Shown here: positions 1 through 9,001 of the stretch, one piece after another
Numbering within the stretch: the stretch's first letter is position 1
How the letters are laid out: each line of letters begins with the position of its first letter
Source: an uncultured Desulfarculales bacterium
Lineage (GTDB): Bacteria > Desulfobacterota > Desulfarculia > Desulfarculales > JAHJDS01
Assembly: GCA_964569795.1 (NCBI GenBank)
Contig: CAZMVB010000001.1
Coordinates: 131,233-195,232 of the forward strand
Reading direction: 5' to 3'
Length of the DNA: 64,000 nt
Made by a program: the position numbers and the translations under genes
Notes under the pieces: model-generated
Seen by the model: only the letters and a program-made list of their open reading frames with translations
What the model was told of the DNA's origin: nothing
Databases searched by the model: none

Positions 1-174
1 CTCGCCCCGTTCAAAACTCTCGATCAGGCCGCTGTTGAAGATCAGGTCATGGACCTCGGCCTCGGATTTTCTGGACATGAAGGCCAGTTCCTGGAGGGCC
101 GGGGAGGTGTCCACGGTGACGCACACCCCGCCCAGATCGACGAACATGGCTTTGAAGGGCAGGGCGGGTGTCAT
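1..174 (-). CDS. HAD-superfamily hydrolase, N-terminal fragment (gene runs off the left edge)
   Basis: ATG at 172-174 (minus). Translation MTPALPFKAMFVDLGGVCVTVD... has a HAD motif-I-like FVDLGGV. Absent from the ORF track because it is truncated by the window edge. Confidence 0.5.
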   Translation of the reverse strand, partial: MTPALPFKAMFVDLGGVCVTVDTSPALQELAFMSRKSEAEVHDLIFNSGLIESFERGE

Positions 175-179
175 GCGGG

Positions 180-602
180 TCAGTCCAGGAAGGCGGCCCC
201 GGCCTGGCACTGGGCCAGGGTTTTTCCGTCAGGGTCGCGGACGGTTATTTCGGCCTGACCGAACCGTTTTCCGGCGTGGATCATCCGGGCCTCGGCGGTT
301 ATGGTCTGGCCCGGTTTGGGGTTCTTGAAAAAGGTCATGTAGAAGTGGGTCATGACCGCCTGCCGGCCCAGGGAGTTTCCGACCACGGAGCAGGCGTGAT
401 CGGCCAAGGCAAAAATGGCCCCGCCGTGGGTGGCCTGGAACATGTTGGTGTGTTTTTCGCTAACGGTCATCCGGGCCACGACCAGTCCCGGCTCGGCCCG
501 GGTGATGGTCACCCCGGTCAGTTGGGCGAAGGGGGACTGATCGGCCTTGAGGGCCACGTCCTCGAGGTCGCTCAGATCGACCTGTGATTTGTCGTGGGGC
601 AT
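180..602 (-). CDS. PaaI/hotdog-fold acyl-CoA thioesterase
   Basis: 140 aa. The ...HGGAIFALADHA... core and the length are typical of PaaI-type thioesterases. Confidence 0.8.
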   Translation of the reverse strand: MPHDKSQVDLSDLEDVALKADQSPFAQLTGVTITRAEPGLVVARMTVSEKHTNMFQATHGGAIFALADHACSVVGNSLGRQAVMTHFYMTFFKNPKPGQTITAEARMIHAGKRFGQAEITVRDPDGKTLAQCQAGAAFLD

Positions 603-725
603 GAAGGAGGTTTAGCACCTCAGACAGCTACCCGCAAGCCCAATTCCTGCCGGGTGTACGGGCCGCCGATCATGGACGTCGTGCCCTTGTGAGATAATCG
701 GTGTCTGACAGATTAAGACGGTGGC

Positions 726-3320
726 TTATTCCTCTGACTCGAATTCGATTTTTTCAGGCAGGTACTTTTTCAGTTCGGGTGGCGCGTTGTCGATGGCCTG
801 TTCAAATGCTTCGAAACCAAGTTTGTTGACAATGGCAGCGACTTGTCGCTGGGCTTTTTCAATGTTGGGATTCAGCACCAGGGACTCAAAAATGATCATC
901 GCGGCCAGTGCGTAGGGTGCGGCCTTTTGATATTGTTCTAGTTTGAAATACATGAAACCAATATTTCCGAATGTCATGGCCAACCCGGCCCTTTGGCCAA
1001 TTTCTTCCTTGATGGCGATTGACTTTTTATAGAAAGCTAAGGCTTGGTCCCACTCTCCTTTGGCTTGATAGACTACTCCGATATTGCTGTAGGTCGTAGC
1101 CAAAGCGTATCTATCGACTATCTCGTCGAAAATAGGCATGGCCTTCTTGTATAATTCCAAGGCTCGTTCGTATTCACCTCGTTCTTGATAGACGTTTCCT
1201 CTGTTGATGTAGGTCTGGGCAAGGCCCGCCTTGTCGCCTATATCTTCTTTGATGGCGATTGACTGATCGTAGGAGTCCAAGGCCCGGTCGTATTCGCCGA
1301 GAAGACGATAGGCTTCGCCAATGTTGTTGTAGGTGGTGGCAAGACTGGCCCTGTCTCCGATCCTTTCAAAAACCGGTCTGGCCTTTTCGTAGAATTCCAG
1401 GGCTCGGTTGTATTCGCCTCGGGCTAGATGAACGATTGCAATGTTATTGTAAATACCTGACAAGCCGGCTTCGTTGTCAATCTCCTCGAAAACCGATTTA
1501 GCCTTTTCGTAGAATTCCAAGGCTCGGTCGTAATCACCTCGGGGTAGATGAATGTTTGCAATGTTGTTATAGGTCCCTGCTAACCCTGCCTTGTCTCCGA
1601 TCTCATTGAAAATTGATCTGGCCTTTTCGTAGAATTCCAAAGCACGATCGTAATCATCTCGGGCTTTATGAATATTGCCTATATTGGTGTAGGTATCAGC
1701 CAGCCCACTTTTACCACCAATATCCTCAAAATTATGCCAAGAATTTGTGTAAAATTCCAAAGCCTGGTCGTATTCTCCTCGGGATTCCTGAATTAGGCCT
1801 CGAAGGCCAAAACAGACTGCTAGGCGTCGTTTATTCTCCTTTTGCTGATCTTGGTCAAGGCCTTGCCTGATTTCCTCCTCGACTGCCTCCTGTGCGATAT
1901 CCACCGCCTCCTCAGACAGGTCATAGTCGGCCGTCTGGAAATAATGCTGCGCCAAATTTGTATTGGCTTGCCAGGCCTCAAAGGACGTTCCGGCCATGCG
2001 CAGCAGACCGGCGTACTCAGCAAACAATTCTGGGTCATCCTGAACAGTAAGTTTAGACCCATATTTGTCCCGAAAAAAATTTATTAACCTGGCGGCGTTT
2101 TCCTCCCTTACCTCCTTGACACACCAGGAATCACTTACAAACTCATGAAGAAGCTCATGGGCAAACCAGGCCATTTTCTTGTCAGGGAAATCCCTAAAGA
2201 TATGGTCTCTGACCAAACGTCGCTCCATGGTAGCCACGCCGTCAACATCTTGCCTAAGGACTTCAGCTAAATCGACTCTGCCATTCGGCAGTGGTTCCTT
2301 TAAAACACAACAGAGTTGCACCATTTTCCTTGCATCATTATCTAACTGCTCGATCATGGTTCTGTAGTAACCATATTGTTTTGTTTTGGCTCTTCGAAGC
2401 CCCTCCAAATCGCGAGCCCTAAAGTCAGGTGTTTCCATCCATTGAACTAGAAGGCCTGGTAGACCCCCAGAACTCTTCTTAACTTTCTTCAGGAAAGGAG
2501 CATCAAATTCCAAGCCCCTTTGCCTTTTAAAAAGGTCAAAAATGTCCTTTTCCTCAAGACCAGGTAGAGAAATTTTATTAACATCAATCTCGGTCAAGAC
2601 ATCGTTTAAATCTTGTAAGAGTTTGGCGCCATGAGCCATGCCGACGTTTATAGCCATGACAAGCGAGACGTTTACTGGAAAGTTGATCAGCAAGTCACCC
2701 AAAAGGTCGCTCAAGGCCTCGCGTCCCCTCTCGATTTGATCTAGGAACAAGACAATCCTGTCTTGGCGGTCGGTCACAGCGGTTACAGCAGTCAAGTGTT
2801 TGAGAAAAATATCCGACATCGCTCTTCGCTGGGTCGCCATGGCCATCTCAATCCCAAGGCTTGGGCTGGCCGCCACCAACCCCTCGACAATTATTCCCTG
2901 GGCCGCTTTTCCTAATCCACCAGCCCCGACTTGAGTGGCCCCGTCTGCAACGCCAGCTGGAAATAATTTCTGTATTGCCCTGCCGGAACGGATGCCCTGT
3001 AAAAAATCGCGTGTCTTTGCTGGCAACGATTTCGTCTTCACCCGTTTATCTAATTCGGGCAATAGTGAAGCCGTTGCCTCTAAAAGAGGCAATATGGATT
3101 CGTTTTTCGTTTTTACCGTGGCCAGGCCGGGGATCAGGCGAGGCTCTTCATGCGAAATCTTGGAGTAAAGGTGTTGTAATAAGGCTGTCTTACCAGACCA
3201 GTGCTGCCCTGTAACAAGCACCACTTGGACGCCCGCCTTTAGATTATCGAAGATATCCTTGATAACCTGTTCGCGGCCGACGAACACCGGCCGGGGATCG
3301 GGTTCCCGCGGGGCCATCAA
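726..3320 (-). CDS. STAND/AAA_16-type P-loop NTPase fused to about 8 C-terminal 40-aa TPR units
   Basis: 864 aa. FVGRE...VLVTGQHWSGKT (Walker A, aa 38-45) and IVLFLDQIE (Walker B, aa ~190). Repeated YDRALEFYEKA TPR units. The gene is visibly lower in G+C than its flanks. Confidence 0.8.
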   Translation of the reverse strand: MMAPREPDPRPVFVGREQVIKDIFDNLKAGVQVVLVTGQHWSGKTALLQHLYSKISHEEPRLIPGLATVKTKNESILPLLEATASLLPELDKRVKTKSLPAKTRDFLQGIRSGRAIQKLFPAGVADGATQVGAGGLGKAAQGIIVEGLVAASPSLGIEMAMATQRRAMSDIFLKHLTAVTAVTDRQDRIVLFLDQIERGREALSDLLGDLLINFPVNVSLVMAINVGMAHGAKLLQDLNDVLTEIDVNKISLPGLEEKDIFDLFKRQRGLEFDAPFLKKVKKSSGGLPGLLVQWMETPDFRARDLEGLRRAKTKQYGYYRTMIEQLDNDARKMVQLCCVLKEPLPNGRVDLAEVLRQDVDGVATMERRLVRDHIFRDFPDKKMAWFAHELLHEFVSDSWCVKEVREENAARLINFFRDKYGSKLTVQDDPELFAEYAGLLRMAGTSFEAWQANTNLAQHYFQTADYDLSEEAVDIAQEAVEEEIRQGLDQDQQKENKRRLAVCFGLRGLIQESRGEYDQALEFYTNSWHNFEDIGGKSGLADTYTNIGNIHKARDDYDRALEFYEKARSIFNEIGDKAGLAGTYNNIANIHLPRGDYDRALEFYEKAKSVFEEIDNEAGLSGIYNNIAIVHLARGEYNRALEFYEKARPVFERIGDRASLATTYNNIGEAYRLLGEYDRALDSYDQSIAIKEDIGDKAGLAQTYINRGNVYQERGEYERALELYKKAMPIFDEIVDRYALATTYSNIGVVYQAKGEWDQALAFYKKSIAIKEEIGQRAGLAMTFGNIGFMYFKLEQYQKAAPYALAAMIIFESLVLNPNIEKAQRQVAAIVNKLGFEAFEQAIDNAPPELKKYLPEKIEFESEE

Positions 3321-3434
3321 TCACTCCCCAAATATCCCTACCCGAATACCATAGACCACCCGCCGCGCACCCTCAACCAGAAATGTTAATGATGTGGTTA
3401 TTTCAAACTAGTCTGGGCCACGCCAAATGGTTCC

Positions 3435-3443
3435 TGGTATAAT
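3435..3443 (+). promoter_or_regulatory. extended -10 promoter element (TGGTATAAT) for the TPR gene
   Basis: TGnTATAAT match about 100 nt upstream of the ATG at 3544. The -35 is weak. Confidence 0.35.
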
Positions 3444-3543
3444 ACCGTCATTCAAAACCAGGCTTCACGGACAAGGATCTTCGGGGCTGGGTCGGCCGTG
3501 GCTCGGACCATATCAAGCGCGGACCTGTCAACAGGAGGAACCA

Positions 3544-4560
3544 ATGTCTCGACCGGGGACTTTCGTGCTTATCCTGGGGCTGATCCTGGCGCCCGCCTGG
3601 GCCGGGGCCCAGACCGCCGCCCAGTGGGTCGGCCGGGGCGATAAGGCCTATCAGCAAAAAGACTGCCGCCAGGCCCTGACGTTCTATTCCCGGGCCCTGA
3701 GCGCGGGCGCCATGAGCCCGGCCGAAAAGGCGGACGCGCTCCGCAAACGGGGACGCTGTTACGCCCTCCTCAAGGATTACCCCCGCGCCATCGCGGACAA
3801 CGACCAGGCGATCAAGCTCAACCCCAAGCTGGCCGAGGCCTACAACAACCGGGGCGTCTGCTATTTTCACCTGGGTCGCCGCGGCCCGGCCCTGAAGGAC
3901 TACAACCGGGCCATCAGCCTCAAACCGAATCTCTGGCAGGCCTATGGCAATCGGGCCGAGCTGTACATAAAACTCAGGAAATTCGGAATCGCCGTTATGG
4001 ACCTGAAACGCTTGGTTCTCCTCAAACCAGGCCTGGGCTGGCCCCTTCGCCGCTTGTGCGCGATTTACGCCTTTGTCAAAAGATTCGCCCAGGCCTCCCC
4101 TTATTGTGACCGGGCCATCAAGCTCAATCCACGCGACGCCCGGGCGTTCAACAGCCGGTGTTACCTCTGGTACAGAATGGGCAAAATGGGGCCGGCCCTG
4201 AAGGACTGCGACCGGGCCATCGCCCTCCAGCCCCGGTACGCCGCGGCCTACACCAACCGCTGCCAGGTGTATCTCGAGCAGAAACAATATCAGCGGGCCA
4301 TCCAGGATTGCAGCCAATCCCTGGCCCTCAATCCGCGCTCGCCCTTGACCTATGCCAACCGCGGCTGGGCCTACGACGGACTCAAGCAGTACCAGCGGGC
4401 CATCCAGGACTACACCCGGGCCATCGAAATCCGGCCGGGCTATATCGCGGCCTACTATTGGCGGGGACGGGACTATCAGAGACTGGGCAAACCGGATCTG
4501 GCCGAACAGGACTTTGCCCGGGGCAGGGCCCTGATCAAACAGCGGCGACAGGGACGCTGA
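3544..4560 (+). CDS. exported TPR-repeat protein
   Basis: Start moved to the internal ATG preceded by AGGAGGA. Signal peptide MSRPGTFVLILGLILAPAWAGAQ. Repeated A..YNNRG / A..D.. RAI.L.P TPR consensus. Confidence 0.75.
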   Translation: MSRPGTFVLILGLILAPAWAGAQTAAQWVGRGDKAYQQKDCRQALTFYSRALSAGAMSPAEKADALRKRGRCYALLKDYPRAIADNDQAIKLNPKLAEAYNNRGVCYFHLGRRGPALKDYNRAISLKPNLWQAYGNRAELYIKLRKFGIAVMDLKRLVLLKPGLGWPLRRLCAIYAFVKRFAQASPYCDRAIKLNPRDARAFNSRCYLWYRMGKMGPALKDCDRAIALQPRYAAAYTNRCQVYLEQKQYQRAIQDCSQSLALNPRSPLTYANRGWAYDGLKQYQRAIQDYTRAIEIRPGYIAAYYWRGRDYQRLGKPDLAEQDFARGRALIKQRRQGR

Positions 4561-4733
4561 TCGCGGGCGCCGTCCCGGCGGCGGTGCCTGGCCTCAGGGT
4601 TTGAGTACCCCTGCGGCTGGAGTCTTGTCAATTTGCACACCTCGAGACCGCACTTGTTCATCAGCGGATTATCTGAATTACGACCGTCTCCACAGCCTCG
4701 GACCATGCTTGTAAAAAATTTCGGCCCCGTTTC

Positions 4734-5129
4734 TCATTTACCTATTATACGCTTTACCTCATCCAGCAACTCATCCGGCCCGGGCGGCTTCTCGATGTAG
4801 CCCTCTGGCTCGGGCACCTCCTCGCCGTCGGCCTGGTTTCCGGTCCGCAGGGCGTGGCGGAAAGTTTTTTTCGCCATGCCGGACAGGATAATCACCGGCA
4901 AATAATTAAGGTCCGGATCGCTCTTGATGGTCCGATACAGTTCCAGGCCCGACTGGTCGGGCATGAGGACGTCCATGATGATCAGGTCCGGCGGGTCATC
5001 CACCACCCAGGCCAGGCCCTTGGACATGCTCTCGGCCTGCCAGACGATGTAGCCTACGGCCTCGAGCTCCATGCTGACAAAGGTCCGGACCTCCATCTCG
5101 TCGTCGATCACCAGGACCACCTTGGGCAA
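4734..5129 (-). CDS. stand-alone response-regulator receiver (CheY-like)
   Basis: VLVIDDE...DLIIMDVLMPDQSGLELY...PVIILSG receiver motifs. TTG start with AAGGAG upstream. Confidence 0.85.
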   Translation of the reverse strand: MPKVVLVIDDEMEVRTFVSMELEAVGYIVWQAESMSKGLAWVVDDPPDLIIMDVLMPDQSGLELYRTIKSDPDLNYLPVIILSGMAKKTFRHALRTGNQADGEEVPEPEGYIEKPPGPDELLDEVKRIIGK

Positions 5130-5149
5130 GACCGGCTCACTCCTTTTCT

Positions 5150-5196
5150 CTGCAAACCAAAACAGGGATCAGCCCCGCCTCCGAGACTGATCCCTG
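5150..5196 (-). terminator. rho-independent terminator after the DsrK-like gene
   Basis: Perfect 10-bp stem CAGGGATCAG/CTGATCCCTG (5163-5172 / 5187-5196), followed on the minus strand by TTTTGGTTTG. Confidence 0.6.
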
Positions 5197-5229
5197 GAAC
5201 AGACCATGGACTCGGTCGAGCGAGAAAGC

Positions 5230-6582
5230 CTACTCCTCGCCGCCCTCCTCATCCTCCTCGGGGGCCTTGAGTTCGTCCGGGACGATCAGCAGTTCCTCGA
5301 AAACCTCCTTGAACTGGATCACCTTGACGCCCAGATCGTACTTCTTGTTCAAATCGTTGATCTGATCAAAGCAGTTGTGGCAGGGGACGATGACCACCTT
5401 GGCCCCGGTGGCCCGGATCTGATCGGCCTTGACCTTGCCCGCGGCGATGCGGTGGGGCCGGAAGGGACCGCCCATGGGCATGGCCCCGCCGCCGCCGCCG
5501 CAGCAGAAGTTGTAGTTGCCGTCGCCGTCGGGCATCATGTCCCGGAAGTCGGCGCACATCCGGTTCATCAGGTACCGGCCCTCCAGGGCCAGGCCGCCGT
5601 TTCTCGAGACGTTGCACGGGTCCTGATAGGTGGCCGGCTCCTTGAAGCCCTTTTCCTCGATCTTGAGCCGGCCCTCGCGCAAATACTTGGCGAACAGCTC
5701 GACCGAGTGGACCACCTCGTAGGGCAGCTCTTCCCCCAGCCACATCGGGCCCTCGAACTTGTTGGCCCGGAAGGCGTGGCCGCACTCGGTCATGGCCACC
5801 TGCTTCACCCCGAGCTCGACGGCCCGGTCCCGGGTCAGGCTGACGATGTACTTGGCCGTGGCCACGTCCCCGGCGAACATGGCCAGGTTGGTGTCGTCCC
5901 AGCCGGGCTTGCTGGGCACGGTCCAGTCCTCGCCGGCCAGGTAGAAGATCTTGGCCGCGTAGTAGATGTCCATGGGATAGAATTTCGGTTCGCGGGCGTT
6001 GACCGTGTACATCACCCTCGCGCCGTGCTTGTCAATGGGAATGGTCGCCCCGGGCAGCTCCTCCTGGAGGTCCTCCTCCATCCACTTGATGGTGTCCACC
6101 CACTCCTCGTCGGTGATGGCCATCTGGTTGCCCGATTCCTGGTAGTTCTTGATGGAGTTGGCCAGTCCCTCGGGGACCATGCCCTGGCCGACGCACAGGC
6201 CGCGCATGAAGGCGACCATCGAGGCGATGTCGATGCCAAAGGGGCAGTAGATGGCGCACCGCCGGCACATGGTGCATTCGCCGTAGGCGATGTCGTACAT
6301 GTTCTTCATGAACTCGAAATCGACCTCGCCCTTCTTCTGGATCAGCCTCAAGAGGGGCTTGACCTTGTTGGCCGGGATCATGTGCGGGTCCTTGTCATGG
6401 GCCAGATAGTAGTGACAGGTGTCCGCACACAGGGCGCAGTGGGCGCAGACCTTGAGGTTCATCTTCAGCCGGGCGGGCAGTCGGTTCTTGAGGGCGTCCT
6501 TGATCTTGGCGGTGTCGATCTCCCGCGGCTCGAGCGGCGCGGGCTGCGGCGTCTCGATGACTTGCGCTTGGGACTCAGACAT
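5230..6582 (-). CDS. DsrK/HdrD-like Fe-S oxidoreductase (two 4Fe-4S motifs plus two CCG domains)
   Basis: CAHCALCADTCHYY and CTMCRRCAIYCPFG ferredoxin motifs. NFCCGGGGG and PCHNCFDQ CCG-type motifs. Confidence 0.8.
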   Translation of the reverse strand: MSESQAQVIETPQPAPLEPREIDTAKIKDALKNRLPARLKMNLKVCAHCALCADTCHYYLAHDKDPHMIPANKVKPLLRLIQKKGEVDFEFMKNMYDIAYGECTMCRRCAIYCPFGIDIASMVAFMRGLCVGQGMVPEGLANSIKNYQESGNQMAITDEEWVDTIKWMEEDLQEELPGATIPIDKHGARVMYTVNAREPKFYPMDIYYAAKIFYLAGEDWTVPSKPGWDDTNLAMFAGDVATAKYIVSLTRDRAVELGVKQVAMTECGHAFRANKFEGPMWLGEELPYEVVHSVELFAKYLREGRLKIEEKGFKEPATYQDPCNVSRNGGLALEGRYLMNRMCADFRDMMPDGDGNYNFCCGGGGGAMPMGGPFRPHRIAAGKVKADQIRATGAKVVIVPCHNCFDQINDLNKKYDLGVKVIQFKEVFEELLIVPDELKAPEEDEEGGEE

Positions 6583-6695
6583 TTGCGTCTCCGTTTATGT
6601 CGTCAGGCGACCGGGGGAGTCGCCTTGGGGTCACGTCTCGTTCCAGTTTTAAGGCTACGGAAAACACAGACCCGTTTCAAGCCGGCGCCGCGCGA

Positions 6696-7565
6696 TCAGG
6701 CCGCGTAGCCGCGCCGGCCCCACTCGATGCCGATCAACGCCCGGGAGGGGAAGAACAGCAGCCAGTGGGCCATCTTGGTCAGGGGAATCAAGAACAGCAC
6801 CAGGTTCGCGAAAAAGACGTGGATCAGGACCAGGTACTGGTAGGCGTTGTCGTTGCCCGAGGCGGTGATGAACCACCTCTCGCCGAAGTCGAACATCAGG
6901 TAGCCCGAGATAAAGGGCACCACCAGGATCAGCAGCAGGGCGAAGTCCCAGGCCGTGGACAGCTTGCGAACCGCCGGGTCAAAGATGCGCCGGGAGATCA
7001 GGTAGGCGAACAACAGCAGGGTCAGGTAGGTCATGATCCGGACCGTCCATTCGCCCAGCTCCAGGAAGGTCAGGTTTATCCCCAGGTTTCTCTTCCACCC
7101 CGCCAGATGGGACCCCACGAACAGGGCCAGGCCGATGATGCAGATGTGGAACAGGTACATGGCGATGGTGAAGACCGGCGTCTTGCGGACCGTCTGGTTC
7201 CAGGGGATCAGGAACCTGATCCAGGTCAACAGGACGTACTTGAGGCTGAAGTGCCCCCACAGAAACTTGTCCCGCTTGAAGGAGCCAGCCAGGAAGAAGA
7301 TCAGCCGGGTGATACTCCCCACCGCGAAAAAGACCAGGGCGATCAGCAGGAGCCAGCCCGTGACGAAACTCTTGACCGGGCCGAGCAGGATGTCGTTCAG
7401 GCTCTTGGCCGGGGCCGGGGCCGCGGTCGTTTTGACCGCCGCCGGCTTGGCCGGAGCCGCAGCCTGGGCCAGGGCCTGGGTGGAAAAGACGAGAGCCAGA
7501 CCAAGGACCACGACGATCAGACCCGGTCTGGGCAACAGGCGTCGGATGATGCTCATGTTTTGCAA
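6696..7565 (-). CDS. DsrM/NarI-like integral membrane (heme b-type) subunit
   Basis: 289 aa, signal/anchor followed by about 5 TM helices with conserved His. It lies immediately upstream of the DsrK-like gene on the same strand. Confidence 0.7.
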   Translation of the reverse strand: MQNMSIIRRLLPRPGLIVVVLGLALVFSTQALAQAAAPAKPAAVKTTAAPAPAKSLNDILLGPVKSFVTGWLLLIALVFFAVGSITRLIFFLAGSFKRDKFLWGHFSLKYVLLTWIRFLIPWNQTVRKTPVFTIAMYLFHICIIGLALFVGSHLAGWKRNLGINLTFLELGEWTVRIMTYLTLLLFAYLISRRIFDPAVRKLSTAWDFALLLILVVPFISGYLMFDFGERWFITASGNDNAYQYLVLIHVFFANLVLFLIPLTKMAHWLLFFPSRALIGIEWGRRGYAA

Positions 7566-7634
7566 CTCCTTGCTCAGGCGGTCAACTTGATCAATTCTCT
7601 ACTTGTTTGGTTCTCTTTAAAAAGGAATCAACAT

Positions 7635-7663
7635 ATCTTAAATAGGGCTTGGTGGTCTGTCAA
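7635..7663 (-). promoter_or_regulatory. sigma70-type promoter TTGACA-17-TAAGAT for the DsrMK-like operon
   Basis: The reverse complement of 7658-7663 is TTGACA and of 7635-7640 is TAAGAT. It sits in an AT-rich intergenic region about 70 nt upstream of the ATG at 7565. Confidence 0.45.
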
Positions 7664-7752
7664 TCAAATTCGATGTTTCATGCTTGCGACATGGGCTTAT
7701 AAAGCAATTAAATCAATGAGATACAAAGGTAGTTTGTATGTGAAATCTATTA

Positions 7753-8961
7753 CTAATTCCCCCGCCTGGAATGCAGACCATAGTGACGGCGGTTGTAGGA
7801 AATGATCGTCGCGGCGATGATCGCGGGCACGTAACGGGCCGTCTCCGGCGGCAGCACCCCCAGTTGGTACAGGTCCCAGAAGGTCCGGGCCCGGTGGTAC
7901 CTGAGCAGACGCAGGATCTTGCCCTCGCCGCAGTTGTAGGCGGCCACGGCCAGGGGCCAGTCCTTGAATTTTTTGTACAGATCGGACAGGTACATGGCCG
8001 CGGCATAGGTCGATTTGATGGGGTCCAGCCGTTCGTCCACCCGCCAGTTGACCCTCAGGCCGTACTTCCGGGCGGTGGACGGAATGAACTGCCACAGGCC
8101 GCGGGCCCCGGCCCGGGAGAAGGAAGTCGCCCTGAAACCGCTCTCGATCAGGGCCATGTAGGCCAGGGACTCGGGCAGGCCGTAGGCCTTGAAGACCCGT
8201 CTGATATAGGGCAGGTATTGCTCGGCCCGCTTGAGGCTGCGGGTCAGGAAGCCGCGGCGATACACGGTCAGCCAGCGGATCCGGCCCTTGACCGGTCCGA
8301 CCCAGGGCTCGCGTGAGTCCAAGCGGAGTTTTTTGTATTGGCCGGCCCGGTGCCCGGCCGGCCGGGGCCTCCGGCGAACGGACCTGGTCCGGGCGGGCCG
8401 GGCCAGGACCAGGCGGGTCCTCATCCGGCCGGTGCAGGCGGTCAGGATCCCCGGCAGGTCCCGGGGCCTGATCTCCCGGCCGAAATCCTGGGCGATGCGG
8501 AAATAGACCCGCTCGAAGCGTTTCCGGTATTTGCCCCGGCTGAGCGTCTGGGCGAACCGGACCAGCCTCAGGCTCCGCCAGAACAGCCCGCAGGCCGGTC
8601 CGGCCTTCCCGGCCCGGTAGCGGTCGGCCCCGAAGCTGAACATGGTCTGGGCCAGGCGGACCATGTCCTGAAAGAAGATGGCGTTGATGCGGGCAAACCG
8701 GGCGGATTGTGGCCGGCCGGCCAGGGCGGCGGCCCGCTTCAGCCCGGCCCGGCTCTGGCGATAGAGCCGAAAGGCGTCTCGGGGATGACCGTTCCAGTAG
8801 GCGACCTGGGCCTGGCGAAATTTTTCATGGGATTGCCGGACCCGGGTACGGACCTCGGCTTGGCCGGCGTCGCTGACCGTTGCCTCGGCCGGGCCGGTCA
8901 GGCAGAGCAGGAGCGCCAGGGGTCCGGCCAAGATAGGATTTATTTGACAGGTGAACGTCAT
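7753..8961 (-). CDS. lytic transglycosylase (SLT domain), exported
   Basis: AYMALIESGF...GLWQF...AAYNCGEG catalytic-domain motifs. Start trimmed to MTFTCQINPILAGPLALLL (signal peptide); the 553-aa track ORF over-extends into the next gene. Confidence 0.8.
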   Translation of the reverse strand: MTFTCQINPILAGPLALLLCLTGPAEATVSDAGQAEVRTRVRQSHEKFRQAQVAYWNGHPRDAFRLYRQSRAGLKRAAALAGRPQSARFARINAIFFQDMVRLAQTMFSFGADRYRAGKAGPACGLFWRSLRLVRFAQTLSRGKYRKRFERVYFRIAQDFGREIRPRDLPGILTACTGRMRTRLVLARPARTRSVRRRPRPAGHRAGQYKKLRLDSREPWVGPVKGRIRWLTVYRRGFLTRSLKRAEQYLPYIRRVFKAYGLPESLAYMALIESGFRATSFSRAGARGLWQFIPSTARKYGLRVNWRVDERLDPIKSTYAAAMYLSDLYKKFKDWPLAVAAYNCGEGKILRLLRYHRARTFWDLYQLGVLPPETARYVPAIIAATIISYNRRHYGLHSRRGN

Positions 8962-9001
8962 GGGCTCTGGAGGCGTTGTTCGCCGACCGCGGGTGGCGCC
9001 T

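Noticed and set aside
830-1810. A ~29-nt motif (GGCCTTTTCGTAGAATTCCA...) recurs at 120-bp intervals and could be mistaken for a CRISPR array or minisatellite.
   Set aside because: The period equals the 40-aa TPR unit of the STAND gene, and the repeats are in-frame coding sequence (YDRALEFYEKA). The intervening segments are also homologous, so they are not unique spacers.
4485-4493. Additional GGGCAAACC matches (here and at 8691-8699) noticed while searching for further GEMM-I aptamers.
   Set aside because: Both lie inside coding sequence (the TPR gene and the SLT gene) and lack the downstream GGGNCGCAAANCC block, so they are chance matches.
5206-6708. Long shadow ORFs on the opposite strand or out of frame with real genes: 5206-6708, 24597-26756, 28264-29916, 30698-32266, 43640-45841, 51363-53591, 59687-62164, 62161-63576 and many shorter ones.
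   Set aside because: Their translations are low-complexity Arg/Gly/Pro/Ala/Asp-rich with no motifs. They completely overlap ORFs that have clear family signatures. This is the expected stop-codon-poor artefact of high-G+C DNA.
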